From: Felis catus
Lineage: Eukaryota
Length of the DNA: 64,000 nucleotides
Assembly: GCF_018350175.1 (NCBI RefSeq)
Contig: NC_058383.1
Coordinates: 28,150,001-28,214,000, forward strand
Direction: 5' to 3'
The translations under genes and the position numbers were made by a program. The notes under the pieces are model-generated. The model did no database searches, had not been told where the DNA came from, and saw only the letters and a program-made list of their open reading frames with translations. Below are positions 11,372 to 22,975 of the stretch, piece by piece; within the stretch, counting starts at the first letter, position 1, and each line of letters begins with the position of its first letter.

Positions 11372-12222
11372 ATGTGCCACCTACCATCCAGTCCAAGTGT
11401 TGGTAAACTCTCATTTTAAGGTGAGAAAATTGAGATCCACTGGTGGGAAGGGAGGTGCCCAAGGTGACAGAGCTGAAAACTGGTTTTATTTGACACATCT
11501 TTGGTCCTGTGTCAGGAGGTGAGGATATAGAGGAGGAGAATAAAGGCAAGTACTTTTTGCCCCCATGGAATTTACCATCCAGTGGAGGAGAAAGACACTC
11601 AACATATAACCATGTCACAAAAGTAAGTCATAATGGCAGCAAGCATTGTAAAGAAAAGCTCAGGAAAAAAGTCTATAATGGGAAAATCTACGTGGACTGA
11701 AGGGCCATCAAGTGGGTATCTAAAGAAATCACGTCTAAGCCCAGGAAGCGGCCAGGTGAAGAGTGGCAGGAAAAGGGTTCTAAGCAGAGCAATGTACATG
11801 TGCAAAGGTCCTGAGGCCAGGTGGCTGCAGAGGTGAACAAGGCACTTAAAGCTGAGGGTGGAGCTCAGGTTTCCAACTCTGGACTTCTGACTCTGGGGAG
11901 GTTTATTTCCCTCGCCACACAGGCTGTCCATTGATTAAGTCACTGAGTGTCTCTGAACCTCGATTTCTTCTCCTCATCTGTAAAATAGGTCAATAGTTAT
12001 CACCGTGTGTTCTTGTGTAAGATTTAATGAGATGATCTTTGTAAACTGGGAAGTGCCCCACAAATGTTGGGGGTGCTCAGGCTAAACACTTTCATTTTCC
12101 TGAGGGGCCAGCAGAGGAAAAGTGACTTACTCAGGGTCACATAGCTCCCAGGGCAGGACCCTGTGGGGGAGGGGAGGAGAGCATGGCGGGAAGAGCTTGT
12201 CCTGGTGACTCTCTTTTTACAG

Positions 12223-12354
12223 GCTGGTCTGGAGAGGCTACAGGAGGCCGCTTGGGCCAAAAGACCTCTGGTCACTTGGGCGAGAAAACTCCTCAAAAGA
12301 AATTGTTTCCCAGCTCGAGAGGGCATGGACGAGAAACCGCAGTGCGGCCCAGCG
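12223..12354 (+). CDS. ABCC6: ABCC6 exon 7 (132 nt)
   Basis: tacag|GCTGGT...CAGCG|gtgagt; [24 protein letters not shown]. Confidence 0.93.
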
Positions 12355-13554
12355 GTGAGTGTGTGAGAAACGAGAGCCCGGCCCAACGCTTGGCCAGCAA
12401 AGCTCATCACTTGGCCCTGAGTACGACCCCAGACCCTACTCTGGGCTCCACTGCCATAGTCCCCTGCCTGCCAGCTGATCCCAGTAAGCATGAACTGACC
12501 AGGCCCAAGGGACGTTTCCTCCCAGAGTGCTTCGCAGCTTCCAAGAGGACACAGTGGGTGCCTCCAGAGGGAAGCTTGGATGTTGGGACAGCAGACAGGA
12601 AACAGATGGGGAGTGAAAGGTTCTGTGGTGGTCCACAACGTGCAGGCAACTACTTAGTATCTAACCCGAGGGATTCGTTCCCTGGGTCTCGGTTTTCTCA
12701 TCTGTTCAACGAGGATGCCATTAGCTTCTGGGGGATGAAAAAATTTGTAGAAAAGAACTGAGCAAATACCTCAACAATGGTAAAAACTCCAATAGGGTCA
12801 GTTATCTGGAGGATTTCCAGCCCTTTCTAGTCCTGCCAGCTCTGCCCCACCCTTGCCCTCTGTGGCATCTCCGGAAACTTCTGTGGTCCCCTCTGACTCT
12901 GAGGAACCCAGTTGGGAACCTCTGGTCTACAGAAAAGAGCTGTCAACATAGGATTCATTAAACGTGGGTTAAAGCAGTCTTGCCATGAAGTAGTTGATGA
13001 CTTTGGCCAAATCATGTGAACTTCGTGTTTCAGGGCACTGACAAAAGTGCCTTCGCCCTGTGGGAAGAGTTAGAGGGTTCCCCTGTGTACTTTAGGATTT
13101 TGTGGGGGTTGTTGAATCCTCCAAATTAGAAGAAGTGAGAGACAGTCTATTGGCTCACATAGCTTAGAAGGTAGGTCTAGCCTCAGGTGTGGCTGGATCC
13201 AGGGGCTTGCATAATATCCAAATTCTTTCTCTCCATCTCTCAGCTCAGCTGATGTATTGGCTCGCCTCATATCCTGCCAGTGCAGCAACCCCAGCAGGAG
13301 TGTCTCTCCTAGCATCTGTACAGAAAATGCTAGGGAAGGCATTGGCTGACTCGAGTCAGGACCAATGCCATAGCCAGGAGGCAGGCCCCATGATCGGTAG
13401 CCCCTTCAGAGCCACAGTGGGGTATGTTTTTCCCAAAGGGGTAAATGATATGAGCAAGTCAAAATAGCAACTCATTGCAGGAGTATTTTGTTGAATTGCC
13501 CCTCTAGTCTTACATGATTTCTAAGTGGCCGAATTCATTCAAAAGGACCTTAGA

Positions 13555-13752
13555 GGGGGGCGTCTGAGTGGCTCAGTCGGTTAAGCGTCCCATCTCATGA
13601 CTTGTGAGTTCGAGCCCCACATGGGACTCTGCACTGACAGCTCAGAGCCTGGGGTCTGCTTCGGATTCTGTGTCTCCCTCTCTCTCTGCCCCTCCCGCAC
13701 TCACACTGTCTCTCTCGAAAAGATATAAACGTTAAAAAAAAAAAAAAAAAAA
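13555..13752 (+). mobile_element. Can-SINE
   Basis: Head with small deletion, A tail. Confidence 0.88.
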
Positions 13753-14618
13753 GAGTCCTAGAGGTCTTGCCCACTCTCTCCCAGCTGTGACCTCCCCTCA
13801 GGGGCATGAGAATATTGCAGCCAGGATAGAAACATTCTCCAGGACAGATTAAGAATCCATAGCAATTGACAGAAGACATGGCCATACAAAGGCCTCCCTG
13901 AGTTTTTTTCTGAGTTGACTGATTACACACAGAAAGAACCTTGGTTTTATTTCTGAAGTATTTTGCAATTTTGGGGGGAGGGGAGAGGACGTCATCCTGA
14001 GAGGTCAGGAACCAGCCACTCGCAGACCGGGTCAGGTTCCCAAGGTATGTTTGGTCCATGTGTTGTTCGGGGTTTTTTTCTTTTTTTTTAAAGTTGCCAG
14101 TATTTAAAACATTGGAGATTCCATATAAAAATCTGGAATTCTGGTGTCTTTTAAAGGACATGGGCAGTGCCGGGTCACGTCCCCTGCATGGCAACAGGGG
14201 AGTGGATCTGGGCAGGCCCCAGTGGGCAGGGCATTGGTTGGCCACAGTCTGTTCCACTCCCTTTTGTTTTCCCAAATTGGACCTGGACAGTCACCCCCTG
14301 CCTCTTCCTGTGGTCACGTGTACACCCTGCACTAAATGGCCTCCGGTCCAGAGACCTAAAACCTGGACTGTGAAACCCACTGGAAAGGAGGAACCTGGTT
14401 ACAGAGCCTTCAGGTGGATCCCAGGGATTCCGAATTCTGGGGTGAGCAACCAGAGCAGGACTGACCAAAACATCCAGCTGGAAAGAGGCCTTCATCATCA
14501 TCTCCTGGCCACCCCATTTTGCAGATGGAAACACTGAGGCTCAGGGAAAAGGGGACCGAGCAGGCATTTGAATCTCAGGCTCCTGCCTCCAAGGCAGGTT
14601 CTGTCCATCAAACCAGAT

Positions 14619-14681
14619 TTCCTTCCTTCCTTCCTTCCTTCCTTCCTTCCTTCCTTCCTTCCTTCCTTCCTTCCTTCCTTC
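14619..14681. repeat. (CCTT)n microsatellite
   Basis: About 15 perfect units. Confidence 0.95.
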
Positions 14682-14707
14682 CACAAATCTTTACAACTGT
14701 ATGCACA

Positions 14708-14905
14708 TTTATTTATTTATTTTTGAGAGACAGAGAGAGACAGAGCACAAGCGGGGGATGGGCAGAGAGAGAAGGAGACACAGAATCCGAAGCAGGCTCC
14801 AGGCTCCGAGCTGTCAGCACAGAGCCCCATGTGGGGCTCGAACTCATAAACCGTGAGATCATGACCTGAGCCGAAGTCGGACACTCAACTGACTGAGTGG
14901 TTGAC
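14708..14905 (-). mobile_element. Can-SINE
   Basis: Antisense SINE body. Confidence 0.88.
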
Positions 14906-16377
14906 ACTCCTGTTAGGCCCTTTATACACGTCACACATCTGTTATTTTTTCCATTCATTTGACAAGTATTTATTGAGTGCCTACTACATTTAGGAGCTGA
15001 ATATGGGGGGGGGGGTGGAATACAAGCGAAGTCTACCCACCTGGAGTGCTAACAAGATAATTCCATAAAGGTGAATATTGGAGAGAGTGAGCAGGGCCTT
15101 GAGGGCAACGAATTAAACACTGGGCTGTGATGAGGAGGGGTGGCCAGGTAACAAGAAGGTGACATCTTCTTGGCATTGGAGGCCCAAATACCAAAATGTT
15201 TGTGAGCAGCAAGCCGTGCCCAGCTGAGCGACAGACCCTCCAGAGATGCCAAATCAAACAAGCCGGACTGTGGTCAAGGGGCAAGGGGGCAAGGCCTTGG
15301 CTTGTTAGCAAAGGTCTGGCCACCAGTGTTCGCCAAGGTTGGGGTTTTTTTTCCCCCTTCTTTCTAAAGATTTTTGTCAGTGGGGCTCACAAAGAGGAAC
15401 TATGCAAATCACGAATTGCAACCCGGTCTCAAACCCCTGCTCTGTCCTCACTGTGTGACCTCAAGCAGCTATCACCACCTTTCAGAGCCTCAGTCTTCCC
15501 CTAGGGAAAACGGGGAGTCCATGGTAGGGAAGTCCACCAGGCAGGGAAGTCAAGAAAAACCAACAAGCTGGTGCATGTACAGGGCTGATCCCAGAGCCCA
15601 GCCCCAGGTCCCGGCTCTGTAAACAGGCACTGAAATTACTGATAACCCCAGAGGTTGTCGGAGCTGGAAGAAGCTCAAAGAGTGGGACCAGCCCCTTCCT
15701 TGCAAGCATGAGGACACAGAGGCACAGAGAAGGCGATTGTCTGCCCAAGGCCACACGGCACCCAGACTCTCAGCAGCTGAGGACCTGCCTGGCTGGCTCT
15801 CCCTTCCACTCCCCACCTTCCCCCCAGCTTCCATCTGTGGTTTCATCCAGACCAGGAATGCTGGGCCCATGGACATCAGCTGTGATTCTAAACTGGTTCT
15901 AGACCAGCTCTAAACCACCTAAGGGCTAGCCAGTTACGCAAGGGAGGAGGAGGAGTTGCATTAATGGCTCACAGAATGCCTAGGCTCTGAAGGCACAGAG
16001 CTGGGATCAAATCCCACACACTTATCAGCTGTGTGCCCTTGGGCAAGGTCATTCTAAACCTTCTTTTCCCCATCTGTGAAATGGGGTTAACACCTAGCTG
16101 GCCAGCTTCTTCAGAGGACTGAGGAGTGCCTGGCACATAGTAGGTGCTCAATGCGTGTGCAGTGCCATCGGCATCTGTAACGCCGTAGGGCAGCCCTCCT
16201 GCCCTGCCCCTTCCTGCCCCGTTGTCTCATAAAGGGGTCCTCTGGGGGACACAGAAGAACAGTTGAGAGAGCAAGGCGGGATGCTTACCCCGTCATCCCC
16301 CTTGTTGGGAAAACGGTCCTGTAATGCCTGGTCCTACTGGAAACTCATCTGCCACCTCTGAGAATATGTGAAAGGAC

Positions 16378-16729
16378 TATCTTAGTCCATTCAGGCACTG
16401 TAACAAAATACCATAGGCTGAGTGGCTTCTAAACCACAGACATTCATTTCTCACCGCGCTGGAGGCAAGGCTGGGCACTCCGAGATCAAAACCCCACAGA
16501 TGCGGTGTCGTGGCGGCCTGCCTCCTGCCTCCTGGTTCATAGATGGCTGCGTCTAAGGCTGTTCTCACATGCTGGAAGGAGGAAGGAGCTGTCTGCTCCC
16601 ATTCATGAGGGCTTTACCCTCATGACATCACCTCCCCAAAGCCCCACCTCCAAATACCATCACCCTGGGGGTTAGATTTCAACACGTGAGTTTTGGTGCA
16701 GGACGGAAACAAATATTCAGTCTCTTGCA
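16378..16729. mobile_element. MaLR LTR (MLT1A-like)
   Basis: tcttagtccattcagg...aacaaaataccatagg...ccacctccaaataccatcacc...tattcagtc. Confidence 0.75.
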
Positions 16730-16762
16730 ATGACCCAGAGCCATTTTCTCCTCTCCCGTAAG

Positions 16763-16957
16763 GCACACCAAGGCAGGAGCAGCTAAAAGGTATGGCACGG
16801 AGGTCCCAGAGACGGAGGTCTTCCTGCAGCAAGAAGGGAGCCAGAGCGGCTCGCTGCTGAGGGCCATCTGGCAGATGTTCCGTTCCACCTTCCTCCTGGG
16901 GACCCTGAGCCTTGTCATCTGTGATGTCTTCAGGTTTGCTGTCCCCAAGCTCCTCAG
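16763..16957 (+). CDS. ABCC6: ABCC6 exon 8 (195 nt)
   Basis: cgtaag|GCACAC...CTCAG|gtgggt; HTKAG...[23 protein letters not shown] acceptor; phase fits neighbours. Confidence 0.85.
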
Positions 16958-17173
16958 GTGGGTCCAGACCTTGGGTGCCTTGCTAAGGCTGGTGGTCCTT
17001 TCCTTAATGGTGTCTTTCCAGAGTCAGGGGGCACCAGCTCTCTTTCTTCCTCTGCCTAGTCCTCCGGTGCCCAGGGCACTGGAGAGTGGGTGAAAAGGAT
17101 ACTGAGGAAGGGAAAAAAGTACGGAGAAATTGACTAGCCTCAGGGAGAGAAGACGAATGAACTCAACCCTGAC

Positions 17174-17962
17174 TGTATCAGTTAGCTTTTGCCGTATAAC
17201 AAAACAACCCAAAAGCGAGGGGCTTACCACCACTTCCTTAGCGCGTGATAATGTGGGTCAGCAGTTGGGGCTGGGCTCGGCTGGGCAGTTCTTCTTCCGT
17301 CAGCTGGGTTCCCCCGTGTGTCTGTGCTCAGCCGTGTGTGAAGCTGGCCGGGGGCTGGCTGGTCGGAGACAGTCTCAGCTGGGACAGCGTGTCTCTGCTC
17401 CATGCGATCTTTCATGGCCCACAGTGCTAGCTCCGGCTTGTTCACATGGCCACCTGGCAGGGCTTAAAGACCCAGAGCAAAAGGGCCACTTTCTCTTGAG
17501 GCCTCGGGCTGGGGGCTGGCACAGTTTTACCTGCACTGTTTTCTGGGCCAAAGCTGGTGGTACGGCCAGCCCAGATTCAGGGGATGGTCGATTTGTGTGC
17601 TGTGGCTACCATGACAGTATTACAGGCTGGGTGGCTGAGACAACAGAAATCCGTCTTCGCACAGTGCTGGCGATGAGAGGTGCAAGATCAAGACGGATTT
17701 TATGAGTCCTCTCTCTTGGACGTGCTGTGTCCTCACATGGTCTTTCTTCTGTGTGTGTGTGTGCCCATAGTATCTCCTTGTGTGTGCAAGTTTGCTCTTA
17801 GAAGGACACCAATCAAATGGGATTACGGTTCCACCCTCATGGCCTTATTTTAACTAAACTTCCCCTTGAAAGGCCCGATCTCCAAATACAGACGCATTCT
17901 AAGGTACTGGGAATTAGGATTTAACACAGGTATTTGGTGGGGGCACAATTCAGCCCATAACA
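17174..17962. mobile_element. Two adjacent or nested MaLR (MLT1) LTR relics
   Basis: tgtatcagttagcttttgcc... and ...ggggcacaattcagcccataaca. Confidence 0.6.
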
Positions 17963-18026
17963 CGTGGAGACAAAATACTCCCCTCCAGGTCAAAGGAGCA
18001 GCAATCACATTCAAAATGAATGTGCA

Positions 18027-18462
18027 GGGGGTGCCTGGGTGGCTAGTCAGTTAAGCTAAGTCTGACTTCGGCTTAGGTCATGACCTTGCGGTTTGTGAGT
18101 TCGAGCCCCGCGTCGGGCTCTGTGCTAACAGCTGAGAGCCTGGAGCCTGCTTCGGATTCTGTGTCTCCCTCTTTCTCTGCCTCTCCCCTGCTTGCTCTCT
18201 GTCTCTCTCTCAAAAATAAATAAACATTAAAAAAAATGTTTTTAAAAAGAAAATGAGTGTGCAGGGGGGCTCCTGGGTAGCTCAGTCAATCAAGCCTCTG
18301 ACACAGTTCCTGGGATCGAGCCCTGCCTCGAGCTCTGTGCTGAAAGAGGGCAGCCTGCTTGGGATTCTCTCTCTCTCTCTGTCTCTCTCTCTGCCCCTTC
18401 CTTGCTCATGTGCTCGTACTCTCTCTTTCTCTCTCAAATTAAATAAACTTAAAAAAAAAAAG
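18027..18462 (+). mobile_element. Two tandem Can-SINEs (18027-18249, 18264-18462)
   Basis: Each with head and A tail; three copies of target aaaatga(a/g)tgtg. Confidence 0.9.
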
Positions 18463-18612
18463 AAAATGAGTGTGGACAGTGGGAGAAATAACTTGCATTT
18501 TTGCAAAAATTATCTGCCACTCTGTCTGATCCTCTATACCTTGCCAGGCTCAGGCAAAAGGAACAACCATGGATGCCTTCTCTTACCGCTCGTACTCTCC
18601 CTCTCTCGAAAG

Positions 18613-18790
18613 CCTTTTTCTGGAGTTTATTGGTAATCCCACGACCCCGGCCTGGAAGGGGTATCTCCTCGCGGTGCTGATGTTCCTCTCTGCCTTCCTG
18701 CAATCAGTATGGGAGCAGCAGTACATGTACAGACTCAAGGTGCTGCAGATGAGGCTGCGAACAGCCATTACTGGCCTGGTGTACAGGAAG
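18613..18790 (+). CDS. ABCC6: ABCC6 exon 9 (178 nt)
   Basis: gaaag|CCTTTT...AGGAAG|gtgagc; [24 protein letters not shown]...GLVYRK. Confidence 0.92.
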
Positions 18791-21243
18791 GTGAGCCCTG
18801 GGCGAGAGGTGCGGGTCTTTCCCGATTCCCCATCTCTTCCGAATTTATATGAAACGTTCTAGCCCAAAAGGGTCACATCATATCATCTGTGCCTGAAAAT
18901 GCCCTCATTCATTACTTTACTACACTCTCACCTTCTTGGTTATTTCCATAAGACCTTGAGTGATCTGACCCTGGCACCTCTCCAACTCTATAACAACACA
19001 CACCTGCTCTCTTGCTCAACCCACTCCGGCCACAAACATACCAGGCAACCTCCGACCTCAGGACCTTTGCGCTTGCTGTTGCCACTACCTGGACACCCTT
19101 TCCATTTCTTTTCATGTACTTTCCACTCATCCCCCATGAGGATAAAGGGCTAATCTTGGGGCTGTGTGGAAACCAGATGGAGGTAGACTATCAGCTACAT
19201 CCCCAGGCAACGCTGCTTATGGTAAAAATGACGACCCATTGGTAAATTCATCTGGGCTGTCGGTGGAGCATGAGTACCTGATGGGAAGCCACAGCTTGGA
19301 GCTTCTTTTCCTGCTCTTGTCCCCTTGGGAGCCCTGGGAGTGGAGCTCACAAGACTATCTGCTGTAAGACTATCGGACTCTCTGGCTCCCGTGGGGTCTG
19401 GAGCCCCTGAGCCTGGGCCACCCAGTCCCCGTGAGTCCTCTGTCACGCCCGCGCTGTCCCCTGGGGGAGAACCGGGGCAAAGGGAACAGCCCCTGGACGG
19501 CTGTGTGGACGGCTCCCCTGACCGCGTGGCTGCTGTGTCTTAGACCCGTGTCTCTCCCCACGCAAGCTCCGGGTCAGTGTGGCCCGTCTGGTCTTGTGAA
19601 TCCACGTGCCGAGCTGAGGCTTGAGGCCGTTGCTCTCCCATGCCCACCCTTAGGGGAGCCCTGCCCGTCTCCTCAGAGGTCAGCCCCCGGCTCCCCGCGC
19701 TGCTCTGCCTCCCCGTTAACCGTGTCTGCTTATTTTCCGGACCTGGTACGTAGACAGGGCTAGCCAATTTCTAGACGTAGGAAATGACTCGCCAAGAGCA
19801 TCCCTTTCATGCCAGCTACCCAGTCCAGAGCCCACACTCCCGATCGCCCCCTGATGGGGCTCTCGACACTCTGGGCCCCCACACGCCTGCCCCAGTCACC
19901 CCAGGGCCAGGTGCTGGACGAGGGACAGCTCCTGTGCCCAGAGCCCACCAAAATTATTCAAGCTAGCCAACCCTGCTTACCCTCACCGACCCTTCCTCCC
20001 TGTGAACACCACAATTAAGGCCCCACAGTCCACCTTGCTAATAGGCAATAATAGTAATTATTATTATTGATGTTACTGAATAATATTATCTTAAAACATT
20101 GCTTCATAACACGCCTCATAACTGCCATTAAAGAAGGAACTATGTAAGTTGTGATTTAATTTTCCTCCCCAGTTCAAACTCTGCTGTGGGAGAGCAAGCC
20201 CCCTGCCTCTATCTTCTCGGTACTCAGGTCACTGTGAGGCCCAGACGAGGTACTCGGTAAACACTGGAAGATTCTTCTGGAGATTTTCTACTCAGTCCTT
20301 CCTGGCTCACTCATTTACCCCCTTACTTCTTCCCTCACACACTCAGCAGAGACGATGGCAAACAGAGCTTAGCATTCAACAGGCTGGAAGGGGTCCCCTG
20401 TGACCCCAGGGCCCACATCTGGGGCTGCCAGAGAACCAGGTCTGGTGTGTGAGGGGCACCATGTAGATGCCTTCAGGGAATTGATCTAACACCCTGTCTA
20501 GCTCCTGTCTCGCCTTGGTCATCCTAGATTCCAAGCTTGGCCTAGCCTTTTAGAAGGCCCTTCAACTTCGGGTAAGTTGGTCAACTTCTCTGTGCCTCAG
20601 TTTCCTTGGCTGTAAAGTGGGGTTAGCAATTCTGCACTTCGTTGATCCCAGTCTCACTTTTTTTTTTAACCCTTCTGAAATCAAGATGTATAGCATGTGT
20701 CTTAATTTAATCGCATTTACTTTTTTTGCCCTTAGTGACACAAAACCAGAGCGTTTCGTCCATAGCATTGTAGACTGAATGAGATATGGCAGCACCTAGT
20801 CCATCTGGTTGTGGGTTGGGCCCCATCACAGAAAACGGTGACCCTGTTCATTTAGCACAGTGCCTGGGGCATGGTTGGAATTCAGGAAACGATCCCCAGT
20901 ATCATCATGAACCCAAGGGTTTTATATATTGTGCTACTGACTTACCACAACAGTGTTTTAGGGATGTCAGAGGATTTTTTTCTTTGGTCATCTCTCCAAA
21001 TTCTCATGACGGCCCTGGGAGGTTGGCTCAGGAGATTCACTAGCCCACTTTACAGATGAGTGAACTGAGCCTAGATGGGGACGAGACTGGCCTCTGCCAG
21101 CAAGGGCAGACCAGCTTAGACCCCAGACCGGCCAGGCGGCTGTGCTCTTGCTCCGTCCGTGCTTTGGGCCTCCCTGCCCTCCTCCACCCCACTCGTCCCG
21201 TCCTTCCCTCGGGCTCAGGTCTCCATCCTCCCGCCCCGCCCAG

Positions 21244-21405
21244 GTCCTGGTCCTGTCCAGCGCCTCCAGAAAAGCCAGCATGGTGGGTGACGTGGTCAAC
21301 CTGGTGTCCGTGGACGTGCAGCGGCTGACCGAGAGCGTCGTCTACCTTAACGGGCTGTGGCTGCCGATTATCTGGATCATCATCTGCTTCGTCTACCTCT
21401 GGCAG
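21244..21405 (+). CDS. ABCC6: ABCC6 exon 10 (162 nt)
   Basis: cccag|GTCCTG...TGGCAG|gtgtgc; [28 protein letters not shown]. Confidence 0.95.
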
Positions 21406-22175
21406 GTGTGCCACAGTTCACAGGCCCCCGGCAGGTGTATCAGCGGCATAGCGACAGTGAGCGAGCATAGAGTGGTCCCAAGTACCATCCAGTGGGTGTC
21501 GTCACGGTGACTGTAGATCTACGCCTACTGCCCCTACCCTATGGGACACGGGGCCAGCACCCTTTCTGACTGGCCGCCTTGTAGCCAGGGCCCAGCATGC
21601 AGTGGGCACATGTAGGAAGAGGGAGGGGGACGAAGGACTCCTGGGAAAATGCAGAGCCATTAAAGGGGCAGACCCCTGACCCCAGCAAATCTGCAGAAGA
21701 CCCACCCATCACCCTCCTGGTCTTTTGGTGGACGGTCCCTAACATCAGAAGGTCACCCTGAAATCCTGGCCCGGCGGGGGGAGGGGGGACAGACATTGAA
21801 GTTGCCACAGTTAGCATCTGTAGCATTTTTCTCCAAATGATACTATTTTTGCCAGAGAAAGCTTAACCTTCCTTTCACCTTTCTTTGAGTATTTTCCCAA
21901 TCCTGGCGGTGGGCTGGTTTGCCTTCCGGGCACTTCTCCACTTGGCCACTGGGTGGCGCGATTGCTGCATAAATGAAACACTGGCTTGTTCTGTGGTCAA
22001 GGAGATTACAAAATCGTGTTCTTAAAAGCTGAGAGGGGAAACTGAGGGCCACAGACTGAAGAGGGGTGGGGCTTGTCTAGAGACTGGGCCCAAATGATGC
22101 GGGAGGAATCTCAAACAGTCACAACCACTTAGAAATCATCTCCCCCACCCCCAGCTCCACATTTGCACCAAAGCA

Positions 22176-22363
22176 GGGGTGCCTCTGTGGCTCAGTTGGT
22201 TAAGCCTCTGCCTTCGGCTCAGGTCATGATCTTGCAGTTCTTGAGTTCGAGCCCCACATCGGGCTTTCTGCTGTCAGCCTGTCAGCACAGAGCCCACTTT
22301 GGATCCTCTGTCTCCCCTCTCTGCTTTTCCCCCGCTTGCACTCCCCCCCCCCACAAAAAAAAA
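22176..22363 (+). mobile_element. Can-SINE
   Basis: Head present, short tail, TSD-like accaaagc. Confidence 0.85.
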
Positions 22364-22429
22364 TGGGGAGGGGGGGAACCAAAGCCAAGAGGGAACATAA
22401 CTGTCCCAAAGTCACAAAGCTGGTGGGGG

Positions 22430-22607
22430 TAGGGCTGTCAGACAAAATACAGGATGACTTACAGAGAAACCGAATAATTTCTTAGGGTAAGTATATCCCA
22501 AATATAGCATGGGACATACTTATACCAAAAAGCCATTTGCTGTTTCATCTGAAATTCGTACTTGCCGAGGCATCCTATATGTTTTTTGGCTAAATCCGGC
22601 AACCTTG
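22430..22607. mobile_element. MER53 palindromic hAT MITE
   Basis: Termini tagggctgtcaga / tccggcaaccttg; central inverted repeat taagtatatccca...tgggacatactta. Confidence 0.8.
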
Positions 22608-22882
22608 TCAGGGGTGAAATGAAGACCTAGGATAACGACTGTATGACACGGGCACTTATTCTAGGTGACGGGCAATGCTGGATGTCCCTTTCACGGATGA
22701 GGACACTGCTGCTTAGGGAGGTTAGGTAGTTTGCATGAGTGTCCTCAGCAAGTGTCAGCTGGCTGCCCTCGCCAGCTTCCCTGGGATGCCCTGCCTGAGG
22801 ACCCAGGTCTGACCAAATCCCTCGGTGTCTTCAGCCGGGCTCCTGGAGGCGTCTTGTGACCTCCCACCCTCTCTGTCTCCAG

Positions 22883-22975
22883 CTTCTAGGACCCTCTGCC
22901 CTCACTGCCATCGCCGTCTTCCTGAGCCTCCTCCCTCTGAATTTCTTCATCACCAAGAAGAGGAAACAGCATCAG
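22883..22975 (+). CDS. ABCC6: ABCC6 exon 11 (93 nt)
   Basis: tccag|CTTCTA...CATCAG|gtctga; [31 protein letters not shown]. Confidence 0.93.
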
